Shown here: one piece after another, positions 38,630-51,464 of the stretch | How the letters are laid out: each line of letters starts with the position of its first letter | Position numbering within the stretch: the stretch's first letter is position 1 | Assembly: GCA_024137785.1 (NCBI GenBank) | Contig: JAHRHZ010000070.1 | Coordinates: 10,774,117-10,838,116, forward strand | DNA length: 64,000 bases | Reading direction: 5' to 3' | Source of the DNA: Ginglymostoma cirratum | Lineage: Eukaryota | Position numbers and translations under genes: made by a program | The notes under the pieces: generated by a model | Databases searched by the model: none | The model's input: only the letters and a program-made list of their open reading frames with translations | What the model was told of the DNA's origin: nothing

Positions 38630-40330
38630 CATCATAGGAGCAGGAAAGCTTCACGTTTCGGGCCTAGACCCTGCATCAGAAATGGGGGAGGGGAAGAGGG
38701 TTCTGAAATAAATAGGGAGAGGGGGGAGGCGGATAGAAGATGGATAGAGGAGTGGATAGGTGGAGAGGAGGCAGACAAGTCGAAGAGGCGGCGATGGAGC
38801 CAGTAAAGGTGAGCGTAGGTGGGGAGTTAGGGAGGAGATAGTTCAGTCCAGGGAGGATGGACAGGTCTAGGGGGCGGGATGAGATTAGTAGGTAGGAGAT
38901 GGGGGTGGGGCTTGAGGTGGGAGGAGGGGATAGGTGAGAGGAAGGATAGGTTAGGGAGGCGGAGATGAGCTGGGCTGGTTTTGGGACGCGGTTGGGGGAG
39001 GGGAGATTTTGAAGCTTGTGAAATCCACATTGATACCATTGGGCTGCAGGGTTCCCAGGCTGAATATGATTTGCTGTTCCTGCAGCCTTCGGGTGGCATC
39101 ACTTGTGGCATTGCAGGAGGCCAAGGATGGACATGTCGTCTGAGGAATGGGAGGGGGAGTTGAAATGGTTCGCGACTGGGAGGTGCAGTCGACCGTGTCT
39201 CCCGCATTTCCCGTAACTCATCCCTCACACCCCGTCCCCGCAATAATAACCAAAAAAGAAACCCCCTCATCCTCACCTACCACCCCACCAACCTCCGGAT
39301 CCAACGCATCATCCTCCGACACTTCCGCCATCTGCAATCTGACCCCACCACAAAAGACATTTTTCCCTCCCCACCCTTATCTGCTTTCCGGAGGGACCAC
39401 TCCCTCCACGACTCCCTTGTCCGCTCCACACTCCCCTCCAGCCCCACCACACCCGGCACTTCTCCCTGCGACCGCAGGAAGTGCTACACTTGCCCCCACA
39501 CCTCCTCCCTCACCCCAATCCCAGGCCCCAAGAAGACTTTCCGCATCAGGCAGATGTTCACCTGCACATCTGCCAATGTGGTATATTGCATCCGCTGTAC
39601 CCGTTGTGACTTCCTCTACATTGGGGAAACCAAGCGGAGGCTTGGGGACCGCTTTGCAGAACACCTGCGCTCAGTTCGCAACAAACAACTGCACCTCCCA
39701 GTCGCAAACCATTTCAACTCCCCCTCCCATTCCTCAGACGACATGTCTATCCTTGGCCTCCTGCAATGCCACAAGTGATGCCACCCGAAGGCTGCAGGAA
39801 CAGCAAGTCATATTCAGCCTGGGAACCCTGCAGCCCAATGGTATCAATGTGGATTTCACAAGCTTCAAAATCTCCCCTCCCCCAACCGCATCCCAAAACC
39901 AGCCCAGCTCATCTCCGCCTCCCTAACCTGTCCTTCCTCTCACCTATCCCCTCCTCCCACCTCAAGACCCACCCCCATCTCCTATCTACTAACCTCATCC
40001 CGCCCCCTTGACCTGTCCGTCCTCCCTGGACTGACCTAACTCCTCCCTACCCCCCCCCCCACCTACGCTCACCTTTACTGGTTCCATCCCCGCCTCTTCA
40101 ACTTGTCTGCCTCCCCTCCACCTATCCTCTCCTCTATCCATCTTCTATCCGCCTCCCCCTCTCTCCCTATTTATTTCAGAACCCTCTTCCCCTCCCCCAT
40201 TTCTGATGAAGGGACTAGGCCCGAAACGTCAAGCTTTCCTGCTCCTATGATGCTGCTTGGCCTGCTGTGTTCATCCAGCCCCACACCTTGTTATCTCGGA
40301 TTCTTCAGCATCTGCAGTATCTTTTATCTC
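38630..40330 (+). mobile_element. Young Neptune-like PLE: Cys-rich linker and GIY-YIG endonuclease, ~560-bp inverted arms, 14-bp TSD
   Basis: PCDRRKCYTC...FTCTSANVVYCIRCTRCDFLYIGETKRRLGDRFAEHLRSV. Arms 38630-39189 and 39688-40252. TGGGAGAGAAGATG at both 38616-38629 and 40331-40344. Confidence 0.92.
40203..40230 (+). ncRNA. Minimal hammerhead ribozyme core (PLE family A)
   Basis: CTGATGA-AGGGACTAGGCCC-GAAA-CGTC. Confidence 0.65.
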
Positions 40331-40832
40331 TGGGAGAGAAGATGGACAGTTTGTGTCAAGTCAAGGAAGCGGAGGGCTGGTTATGGGATGAGGCCGGGGT
40401 GAGGAGATTTTAAAACTGATGAAATCCATGTTTAGGTCATTGGACTGTAGGCTCCCGAGGCAGAATATGCCAAAAGGTGCTCTCGTTTGTCGCGAACAGA
40501 GCGCAGATGCTCTAAAAAACGGTCTCCGAGTCTCCGCTTGGTCTCACCAATGTAGAGGAGGCCTCATTGAGAGCAGCGGATGCAGGAGAGCAAGTTGACA
40601 GATGAGCAGGTGAACTCCTGTCTAATGTGGAGGGCTTGTTTTATGCCTTGAATGGAGGTGAGGGGGGAGGTGTAGGGGCAGGTGTAACACTTCCTGCGGT
40701 TGCAGGGAAAAGTGCCGGAGTAGTGGGGAGTGTGGAGCAGACGAAAAAGTCATGGAGAGCACGGTCCCTACGAAAGGCAACTAGGGATGGGGAGGAAATT
40801 TTTGATTAGAACCTGCTGGGAGGTCTGAAATA

Positions 40833-41479
40833 GAAAGTGCTGTCCAGGTTGATAGGGTTGTTAGGACGGCGTATGGTGTGTTAGGTTTTATTGGTAGACG
40901 GATTGAGTTTCGGAGCCATGAGGTCATGTTGCAGCTGTACAAAACTCTGGTGCGGCCGCACTTGGAGTATTGCGTACAATTCTGGGCGCTGCATTATAGG
41001 AAGGACGTGGAAGCATTGGAAAGGGTGCAGAGGAGATTTACCAGGATGTTGCCTGGTATGGAGGGAAGGTCTTATGAGGAAAGGCTGAGGGACTTGAGGT
41101 TGTTTTCGTTAGACAGAAGGTGGTTAAGAGGTGACTTAATAGAGACATACAAGATGATCAGAGGATTAGATAGGGTGGACAGTGAGAGCCTTTTTCCTCG
41201 GATGGTGACGGCTAGCACGGGGGTACATAGCTTTAAATTGAGGGGTGATAGATATAGGACAGATGTCAGAGGTAGGTTCTTTACTCAGAGAGTAGTAAGG
41301 GCGTGGAATGCCCTGCCTGCAACAGTAGTAGACTCTCCAACTTTAAGGGGATTTAAACGGTCAGTGGATAAACATATGGACAATAATGGAATAGTGTAGG
41401 TTAGATGGGCTTCAGGTTGGTTTCACAGGTCGGCGCAACATCGAGGGCCGAAGGGCCTGTGCTGCTCTATGTTCTATGT
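40833..41479 (+). mobile_element. Young CR1 3' fragment with uninterrupted ORF2 C-terminus
   Basis: ORF 40878..41399 reads LQLYKTLVRPHLEYCVQFW...FFTQRVVRAWNALP; tail CTCTATGTTCTATGT. Confidence 0.92.
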
Positions 41480-41656
41480 CCTTTTGTCTACAGTTTAAAA
41501 AAAAGACCTTAACCTTGAAGAAAGCAATTTTATTTCCATCATCAGTGGCAGTAAACTATGGCTTTTAACCAATAAGTCAGAGATTTTATAATTGTGAATC
41601 AGCTGTCCTGGTTGTCTCCTGCAAGAATGTAAAAGTGCATGGAGAAAAAATGATCA

Positions 41657-42800
41657 CAGAGTCATGAGGCATCATAGAATCAGAGATATACAGCATGAAA
41701 CAGACCCTTCGGTTCAACTCATCCATGCTGACAAGATTTCCCAAACTAAACTAGCCCCATTTGCCTGTGTTCCCTCTAGACGTTTCTTATGCATGTACAT
41801 GTCCAAATGTCTCTTAAATATTAACTGTATCTGCATCTATCACTTTGGTAGCTCATTCCAGATATGAACCTCCTTCTGTGTGAGAAAGTTGCCTCTCAGG
41901 TCCTTTTCAAATCTACCACCTCTCATCCTAAAAATATGCCCCTTAGTTTTGAACTCCACCACGATAAGGAAAAGACCTTGGCTATTCACCTTATCTATGC
42001 CCCTCATGATTTTATAAACCTCTATAAAGGTTACTCCTCAACCTCCTATGCTCCAACGAAAAAGGTCCCAGCTTATCCAGCCTCTTCTTATAACTCAAAC
42101 CCTCTAGTTCTGGTAATACCCTTGTAAATCTTTTCTGCTCCCTGTCAAACTTAATAGTATACTTCCTATAGCAGGGCAACCAGAACTATACACAATACTC
42201 CAAAAGTGGCCTCACCAATGTCCTGTATAGGCATAACATGACATCCCAACTCTTAGACTCAACGCTCTTTCCCATGAAGCAAGCATGCCAAACACTTTCT
42301 TCACCACCCTGTCTACCTGTGACACCACTTTCAAGGAACTATATACCTGAACCCCCAGGTCTTTGTTCACCAATAACATAACTGCGCAAGTCCTGCCTGG
42401 GTTTGTCTTATCAAAATGCAACAGCCACATCTATCTAAATTAAACTCCATCTCAACGGCAATCTTCAGCCCATTAGCCAGCCGATTAAGATCCCGTTATA
42501 CTCTTAGATATCTACTTTCACTATCCACGGTGCCACCAATGTCAGTGTCATCCACAAACTTATTAATCATGTTTCATATATTCTCACTCAAATCGTTTAC
42601 ATAAATGACAAAGAACACTGAGCCAGCACCAATCCTTGCAGAACATGGCTGGTCACAGGCCTCCAGTCCAAAAAACAATCTTCTATCACCATCCTTGTCT
42701 CCTACCATCAAGCCAATTCTGTATTCAACTGGCTAGATCTTTCTGGATCCCATGTGATCTAAGTTAAACTGGAATCAGTGGGTATCAGGGACAGACTCTC
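41657..42800 (-). mobile_element. CR1 3' fragment
   Basis: DLGVQVYSSLKVVSQVDRVVKKVFGML; same family as 22998-23650. Confidence 0.85.
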
Positions 42801-43169
42801 CCATTAGTCAGACAAGGAGCAGCAGGTCCTAACAAGCCAAACAGATGATCTCAGCGAATTACATGGACAGATACCACTGAACTGCCTTCTTAGCCTTTCC
42901 CTTACCTATAACACCAATATTTTTGGTGTGTCTTTCTAGGAAGTATTTTATAAAAAGCTTAGAGTTTTCATTAGTAGAGTGATATATCAATGATTCATAA
43001 TTGTTTACCTGGAGCTAGAAACTATTCATTTGCAATAAATAGTAATTCTTGCTAAGTACTGGCCTGTGTTTCCTGTCAACTTGGGTCTAACAGGCGGGTA
43101 AATTGTAGATTTTAAGCATACTTTTGTAAAATCTTTAACTTCTGTGATAACTCTGTGAATTGCTGGCCT

Positions 43170-43690
43170 CGTTTTCTACCTGCTAATGCAGTACGATGTA
43201 ACAATACGAAGCTCATCCTTATTAGTGGTGATTCATATGCTAATATTCAGGATCTATTTGAGTACAACAGGGTTTATGAGACTTATTGGGACAGGATAAT
43301 AAATATTGTCCAACGGCCTGGGAAACCACAAAAATAAACAGTTTAGTTAAAAGCTTCTGGAACATTGGTGCTAGCAGATGCTACAAATACCGGTGTGTAT
43401 TTATCAAATATTCTCAAGGAAATCCAATACAAAGAACAATCCAATAAAAGTTTGCTCATGGAGTGTTATGTGGATAACTGTTCTCTTTGGGTCAATGTAT
43501 ATTTGACTGGTGTCACTGGGAAATTATTAAGAACTGAACGTCGTAGCTGAACAAAATTAGAAAGAAAAGACTTTCCGCAGAAACCAAGTGCCTTAAAACA
43601 ACTCAGCAATTGTCAGAAATTTTCATAATAGAAAGATACTTGCACCAAGTGGAGATATTCAAACAATGACACCTGATGGCATGAGGGAGC
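43170..43690 (+). mobile_element. Copia relic, RNase H segment
   Basis: KLILISGDSYANI, GQDNKYCPTAWETTKINSLVKS and LADATNTGVYLSNILKEI...ECYVDNCSLW resemble the copia/GalEa RNase H pattern (FSDAS.AN, WxxKK...VKS, E..A, DN.SL). Confidence 0.7.
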
Positions 43691-44109
43691 AATCATAAGA
43701 ACAGCTTAAAAATCAATTTTTGTTTGGGTCACTGTAATTAAATTATAATTTTTTGTTTAAAGAAAGAAAGAGTATTAATGTCAAGTTGTATATTATCAAA
43801 CATCGAAAATAAATGTTGTTCGTGATCAGTTGTATTATAAAGCAGGTACAAAATGGAAAATAATGGTTTTGTTTAGTTTTTATTAATTTTGTTCAAAGAT
43901 ATTTGTATGTCTTCTCTTATTTAAAGAGGAGAATCTGTTAACACACAAATTGGTTAAGGCCTTAATGATTGGGATCAATTAATTATTTGTTTGAATGAGT
44001 AGATATAATGGGGGAAACAAGTGGGACTGCTGTGAGTAAGCAGCTAAAAACCTGAGTAATCTGTTAAATGGCTTTAGATATAAATTAATCAATTGGAATA
44101 CACTGATTT

Positions 44110-44704
44110 AGAGCTGGCGGTTCAAGACCTACCAATGCCAAAGGTGTCTAACAACAGCTCTAATCTGGTTGATTATAAAATACAGAAAGCCCGTGTAATG
44201 GGGGGCTCTTGTGATACAGTGGTGATGTCACTACCTCTGAGCCAGGACATCTAGGGTCAAGTCCCACTTGCTCCAAAGGAACACCCCTGAACAGGCTGAT
44301 CCACATCAATAAATATATGTCAGTTACAGGTGTAATATTTTGCTTGTGTTCACGTTTGCACAAAACAAAGTATTACATTTAAAAATGTTATATTCTTTAC
44401 GATTCCACTGACTGTGATTTCTAATTCCTGTTTCCTTCTTTCTGTTCCACCATTTGTGGCAATACCAACGGTCACTGCTGCCCCACATTGTGGAATTTCC
44501 TCCCTAAACCTCACCCATTTCTTAATCATTCCTTTTCTTTGTTGAAGGTCCTCCTTAAAATACACCTCTTCTACTCAGATATAGTCATCCATGCTCTTGT
44601 TGTGCAGTGGTAACCATAGTTCTGAGCCAGGATGCCAGGGTTCAAGACCCACCTGCTCTAGAAGTGTGCAATGACAGCTCTGAACAGGATGATTAGAAAA
44701 TATC
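44110..44704 (+). mobile_element. Second cluster of three short tRNA-head SINE copies (about 44110-44182 partial, 44203-44300, 44593-44704) with an L2-like fragment between the last two
   Basis: GCTCTTGT(G/T)(A/G)T(A/G)CAGTGGT...TCAAG(T/A)CCCAC...CTGAACAGG is the reverse complement of the 1751-2371 copies. Confidence 0.7.
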
Positions 44705-47700
44705 TATGTGGCATTAAATAAGGAATTAAGTGTTGCAAATGATTCCTATAAATCAAACCTCAAGTTTCAGATATTTGTAAAAATATACACCCATTCAGTT
44801 GAGTACTTAACTTTTTGTCAAAACAATAAAAAAAGAAACAAATTTAAACCCTATGCTTTATGTAGAATACACTGCCAAAAAATCTTAATAAGAGGTAGTT
44901 AGTTCTGCACCAAAGAAAATCAAGCACATTTGAATTCACAGTTCACCTTGTTGAGAAATACAGGTTTATCTGCCTCTCAGGGGTGAGGCACGAGCAGAGG
45001 TCAAGAACTTCAATTCCTGATGTGTCCTGGTAGTCCCAAGGCACAAACAAAACATGACAGGCAGCAGATGCTCAGTCCAGTGTTCCAGGTTGTTTAGTGG
45101 CTGTTGTATAGATTGTAGTGCACCTGCATGATAATGGTGGAATAAAAACCTGATCACTGTATACAGAATGGCAGGAAAAGGTAAACAATTTGACTGCACG
45201 GTGGTTTAAAAGAAGCAAGTAGCTCAAGGTAGTGAGGTGTTGGGATGGCAGACCTAAGGTAGTCAGGGCTCAGGAAAAGTCCTGAGATGAGTTAGTGGTC
45301 AAAGCTTGCTGGCTTTATGTTGGAGAAAGAACAGCAGCCAAAGAAGGAGGCTTCATATAGCCAAAGCATTGCAGTGGCCTCTAAAGAGATCAAGGACTCA
45401 TTGTAGTCGCAGGAGGTATTTGATAGCCAAGAATCGGGGTGAAGTAAGCCCACAAGGAGTGCTTGTTTGGTGCAGAAATATTGGAGCACAGAGAAACCTA
45501 GGGCAGTGCAAACTCAGTGAAGGTAGACGTCTGTAAAAGAGCTGGAACTTAGCTGTAGTCTCAGGAATTCAGTGGAAAGCAGCCTTACTTGGAGATGAAG
45601 TACTAAGGTATAGGCATTGAGACAGTCCACGATGGAAGTAGCTGCAGAGCGAGTTCCAGGACTAGATCTTTGAAAGTCAAGAATTGGAAAACAAAATAGA
45701 CAAAAACTGTACAGAGATTTGGCGACCTAGTTCATTAAGTCCTGTAGGAGGGTGTGGGTTGCTGACAATCTGTGGGATCTGTCCTGACCTCATCAACAAT
45801 TAGACGTATGCTGTGGGATTTTTCACCACAGTTCAATGACTCATATTTACCTTATGTTTGCCAAGGAACCTTGTGACTCCATTCTCTTAGTAATTACCTG
45901 GGGTCTCAATTTCCTCTATCTTAAACAAAACAATGTTCCAGGTGCCTAACCAGACTGTAACATAATTTGCAGTCTCGCGAGGGATCATAACATAAAAATA
46001 TAACGGACTTAGTACTGAAATCCCAAAAAGGTATGTAATTACAAGTAGCAAAGAAAACTGATGCTGATTTTTTGAAATGAGGGATAAAGAAACAACTGAT
46101 ACACTACTCAGATTTTCAGAGAGAGGAGCCAACTGTCATTAAAGTATGCATTGTCATGCCTTTTTTTGATGTTAGTAAGTATTTTGTGGCAATGAAAAAA
46201 AGTCGAAAACTGGAGTTATATATGAGTGTATTACGTTTTGGCCAAATTTTAACCAAATATTTTTGACAATTAGGAATCGGACTTCATGGTAGTTTTAAAT
46301 GTCAAACTAAAATATGCTTATTTCATGTCTACATGCATAACACTGTAACAGATAAACCCATCAACAAAATTTCCAGTCCATGAAACACAATATTGTACTA
46401 TGCATACAGATAAAATGCATTGTACATTAAAAATAACAAAATGATCATACAGTTCTGCATAAACCACCTCCACTTCCTGCCTTGTGAAGAATTTTATTAA
46501 TACTTTGTAACAGCTGAACCATAACTATTAAACTTCATTAAATCTCTCCTTTACTGAGAAAAGCTATTATTGGAAAAAACATGCACAAGTTCTAGTAGTC
46601 AGTTATAATAGATTACCATGTCATATCAATGATGCTAAGTATGCACCTTCACATTTCAGTATTCTTGCAGAAAACACAGCATCACTCAATACATCTGTGC
46701 AGCTAATTAAAGATAATTTGATCCTAATGAGGCAGAACAAGTATCACCATTAATTCAAATATAAGTCAATCCATGGAAGTCATATAAAGATTTGCTTACA
46801 AAAATCTCCGATCTTCTCTCATAACTGCTAGAGATCTATGTTATAATTAATACTCAACTCCAGCTCATGTGTTTACAACTTTATAGAAATATACTGAGAC
46901 TCAAGACTTGCCCTTTTGGTTATGAGCAATAAATAAAAAAGAAGTCAAACAAAGACCTTAACATTAACGATTATCATAAAGACATTTTCTTTCAAGTTCC
47001 ATTAGTATATTGGACTACAAACAACTGACATGATTGTTTGATTGAGTCTAACTGAAGTTCTATGATAAGATCACAGGAAAATATGAAATATAAATTCCTT
47101 ATGCTTGTTTCTATTTGTTTTAATATTATGAAAAACTGCAGCCTTTAATCCTCATTTCCAACAAGAATATTCGTCTTTTGTATTTCCTAATTTTGATCAG
47201 CCACCAATCTCACACGTCATTAAATTCATACAGATGGAAAAATTTATATCATGGAGGAATCAGCTCCATAAAACATTGAGCAGATAAAATATATTAAAAC
47301 ATCTATGAAATTAACACCTGCAGCAACACATTTATGAATTTCTAACAATATCAAAGAGAGCAGTTTCTGCAAGACACTGCCAATATCATTTTTGTTATGC
47401 CAATAGGAAGTGTGGAATAGCAGTTGTAATGACCCACTGTCTGAAAAAACCCTCTGAGGAAGTATTTCACTTGCAATGTATTTTTGACTACAAAGCTAGA
47501 ATTAAAAGTAGGCCAACAAATCTTACTGGTTTATGCATATTAAATCATCAAGTTTATCACTGTCACACTATGTAATTATTTCATTTTTGGCTTAATTTTT
47601 CATTTATTTGCTATGTTTGTGAAATGGTTAATGTAAAAAAATTAATTTATTTTTCAGATTGTTTTACAATTAATTGCTTTGTTATTCTGTATGTTTATTT

Positions 47701-49359
47701 ATCCTCTCCAGCTTCTCAGACAAACTGTAAAAATACATTACATAAGTTTCCAGCATCATTTTGATTATAGCAATTTCAAGTTAATTATACGACAAATTTC
47801 ATAACTTATCAACATTATCTTAAGGTAAATCGATTTGCTGAAGCTAATAGCAAAAAAATTATTTGTCAGAAACTAGGCAGCTTTTCCCCCTCACCTCACC
47901 TCACCTATTATTTCCTGAAAGACATGTAAAACTCTCCAAAGTGCACACGCCTGTTAAACCAAACTTGTTTTGGAAAGAGTACACATTACAATATACTTCA
48001 ATATACATCCACAACATCTGTCAAATAAAACCTCTAGTAATCGTATTTACATATTCCAGTTACAAAGTGGAACTCAACACAACGGAAACCACTTCTCTCA
48101 AATGCAAAATCTTGAGGACAGTTCAGAGCACACCAAAATGGCTGCATGGAATTTTACCCTGATAAATTTACAAAGGTTGGGATTTTGAGCCACATTTCTT
48201 CCTACAGTTCCAATGATAACCACCACTTGCCAGATTGTTTAATTTTGACATTGAATATCAGGATTAAACTTCGTCACAAATCTTTGCCTGTCTTCTATGA
48301 TACTTCCATATAGAATTAGACAGTCAATGAATGTTAATGAATAGATAGTTGTGTTTTTGAGTCATGCTCATTAAATATTAGACCAAGGCTGATAAAACCT
48401 TTGGGACTCTTTCAGAGGACTGGAGACTATAATCCCTTTATTTTATATTGGATATGAATCTATAAAGTTCCAAAACATTTCATATGATGAAACAGATAAC
48501 AAGTAATGACAATCAGAGGAACTATAAAGCATTAAGCTGGGGTGAATTTTGTTGACAGCGGGTGTCAGGGAAAGAATTTTAGTCTGTGGGGTTGAGAAAA
48601 CAGGTGTTATTCCTGCTGAGGGTTAACAAATACTTGCAAAAAAAGAGGTCGAATGACAAAAGTTTTGTGCTGTAGAAAACAAAAACAGAAAATAAGCTTT
48701 CCAGACAAACCAACCTAATTTACTGTTCTTTTTCTGTTTTGTACATCATTTACTTTATCTTCTGGTTCTCACCTATGATCCTTTGTAAATATGCCACAAT
48801 TTAACCAGGTCATTTTTATATATACACATATTTTAAAAAATAACTTCCTTATCTCAATGAACATTTACTTCGTATGAAGTATTTCTGGCATTCACAGCTT
48901 GCAACGTTATTTGAGCCATTCTTAGATGATTCAACAATTTTAATTCTTCCCAGAGAATGGAGAATCTAGCAGACAGGATCGTACTCTACTAAAATTATTC
49001 TGATTTTATTTCCACAAAACTTAGTGCAAGGAAAACCAGACATATATTTTTCAAGGGACAAGAAATCCTCCTGTCAGATCTTACTTCTGCACTTTACCCA
49101 GACTTTGGTTAATCCAGAGTCAATTGCTTAGATGTATTTGAGATAGATAGACACACGTTAAGTGACTCCAGTTGTTAAAATCATTTCTTACCATGAGATG
49201 ACATGAGTTTCAACTTGAACGGACAACCATGAATTTATTTCTAAGCACTTTGTTCCAAGTACTTCCCTCATCAATTAGTCTACATGCTCACATTTGTTTT
49301 TATTTTTCATCTGGGGAACTTTTTACACGGTGCTTGGTCAGTTTCATCCTCCTTAGCAG

Positions 49360-49450
49360 CCAAAACGTCAGCTTTCCTGCTCCTCTGATGCTGCTTGGCC
49401 TGCTGTGTTCATCCAGCTCTACACCTTGTTATCTCAAACTCCAGCATCTT
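49360..49450 (+). mobile_element. Short PLE family A terminus
   Basis: AAAACGTCAGCTTTCCTGCTCCTCTGATGCTGCTTGGCCTGCTGTGTTCATCCAGC...TTGTTATCTC. Confidence 0.8.
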
Positions 49451-49467
49451 GCTTGATTCCCACATCT

Positions 49468-49745
49468 CAGAGTCACGGAGTCATACAGCACTGAAACAGA
49501 CCCTTTGGTGTAACCAATCCATGCCAAACATAATCCCAAACTAAACTAGTCCCATCTCCCTACTCCTGGCCCATACCCCTCCAAACCTTTTCTATTCATG
49601 TACTTATCCAACTGACTTATAAACGTTGTAATTATGCCCACATCCATACTTCCTCAAAGTTCATTCCACACACAAACCACCCTCCGTGTAAAAAAAATTG
49701 CCCCCATGTCTTTTTTAAAGCTCTCACCTCTCACCTTAAAACTCT
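49468..49745 (-). mobile_element. CR1 3' tail fragment
   Basis: Matches about 23000-23250 (GTCATACAGCAC...CCCAAACTAAACTAGTCCCA). Confidence 0.8.
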
Positions 49746-50212
49746 GCTCCATCTACCACATTCCAGGACTGCTGACTTCCAACTCAGCTAAAATTACCTC
49801 AAATTCCCATTGCTGAATATGGTCATACCCTCATCAACATCTTCACCATCTCCAACCTTGATTTCCCAATAAAGTTTCCTCACTAACATATCTTTGCCTA
49901 AACCCCTCCGTTCTTTCTATATCTCCCTCCATGATTCAATTTCAATACTGCATTTGTCTGACAGCACCTTCTGTCATTTCCCTCAACTTCCCACATATGG
50001 CCTGCTCAGGCTCCCTGATCTTCTCTATAAGGATGTCTTCCCAAATGAAAAGCTGCAAGTATTGTTGTATCTAGTAGGACTCTAAGGCCACTGTTTTATT
50101 ACTTTAAATATAGTTCCTAAGTCTGTAGCTTTTACACATTGACACAGATGTGGATTGTTAATACTTAATAATTGTAGATATGGAAAACTGACGCTAACTT
50201 AGATACAACTAG

Positions 50213-50440
50213 TCGATACAATGTGAGGTGGAGGAACACAGTAGGTCAGGCAGCATCAGAGGAGCAGGAAAGTCAATGTTTCGGGTCGGGATCCTTCACA
50301 GAGTCCTGATGAAGGGTCCCAACCCAAAGTGTTGAGTGACCTGCTCCTCCGGTGTTGCCTGACCTGCTGTGTTCCTCCAGCTCCACGCTGTTTTGGCTCT
50401 TGGCTTCCAGCATCTGCAATATGCAGCTCTTGCTTCTACA
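50213..50440. mobile_element. 228-bp palindromic PLE-derived element with 10-bp TSD
   Basis: Arms about 50222-50301 and 50306-50386 are reverse complements centred on two degenerate hammerhead cores. ATACAACTAG at both 50203-50212 and 50441-50450. Confidence 0.85.
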
Positions 50441-50857
50441 ATACAACTAGGGCAAGAACAATAATTAATATTAATATATTTATTTTAAGATGCACAATTT
50501 GGTTCTGGAATGATTCTAGTACAAGCCTGGCAGTGTAAAGGAGGGATAGGGAGTCAAATTTCTTGTTTGTCTCTTCCGCCAACCTAGCTCTTAATTGAGT
50601 CTACTTTCATGAATTCTTTCAAACCACCACACAAAACCAGAATGAAAAGAATTGCATTAAGGAAGGCTTCCAAGCCTGAAATGAAGCAAATGCCTGCTGC
50701 GCATCACAACAGGTTGCCTATCTGAACAGTGCTTAAAATTCTACATGTTAATGTGGAAAAGAAATCTTAAAATGAATGCTGCTGGATAATGAAATTGTTG
50801 AACGTAAAAGTCCTATTTTATTTGTTCCATTACTGATGTATAAATGATGCAACTTAC

Positions 50858-50966
50858 CACTGCTACCACAGTCTGCGCAGGAGATGAGATCTTCTGGGTT
50901 CTTTTCACGATTGTATTCCTTTGTCCCCAAGCAGAAACTGCAGATTGGAAAGGGATTTGCACGGGG
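50858..50966 (-). CDS. kat6b: kat6b coding exon (109 bp), start of PHD1: [36 protein letters not shown](G)
   Basis: Acceptor ttctag|CCC at 50967/50966 and donor G|gtaagt at 50858/50857. Contains CxxC...CxxC of the PHD finger; phases 0 to 1. Confidence 0.95.
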
Positions 50967-51464
50967 CTAGAAACAAGAAGTTTACTTCATTTAGTTTTTT
51001 TTTTAAAGTGTACAAATGTGACTATCAATCTAATGTAGAAATGTTAAAATATGAGTACACAAAGTGTTTTTATTACAAATCATAAAGTATGAACATTCAA
51101 TCATTATACAACACACATTTTCAAATGAATCTTATAACTAATTGATTTAACTCATTCATTTTGATGCACTAAAAAATAACTTGGTTCAATTTTTTTTTAA
51201 TCCTATTGTTCTCAGTAATGAACAGTGTTCAATATTTTGTATTGCATAGTTCAGTCAGGCTGCAATATAATTTCATCAACCCAAGTTACACTTAAAATTA
51301 TTCTTCTACATGATTTAAAAGTGTGCTCAATTTCTCAAACTGAAATATCAGTATTTCCATCTACAAACACAGTATAAAAGGTAATTTACAGGACGATGCC
51401 AGTGAAGAAATTTAGTTAGATATGCAGAATTGATTACCCCATTTTGAATGATAAAAATGTAAAA

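Larger units (their letters stand above)
38383..40805 (-). mobile_element. Older PLE family A copy (38383-38629 and 40331-40805) interrupted by a younger PLE
   Basis: Both pieces are collinear with 26683-27200 and with the GIY-YIG region of the younger copy. Confidence 0.8.

Noticed and set aside
39147-39926. 259-aa Pro/Ser-rich ORF and overlapping antisense ORFs
   Set aside because: Mostly off-frame translation of the C-rich PLE; only the last ~45 aa are real endonuclease C-terminus.
45100-45962. Possible solo LTR ending TGTAACA
   Set aside because: No clear 5' boundary, TSD or second copy in the window.
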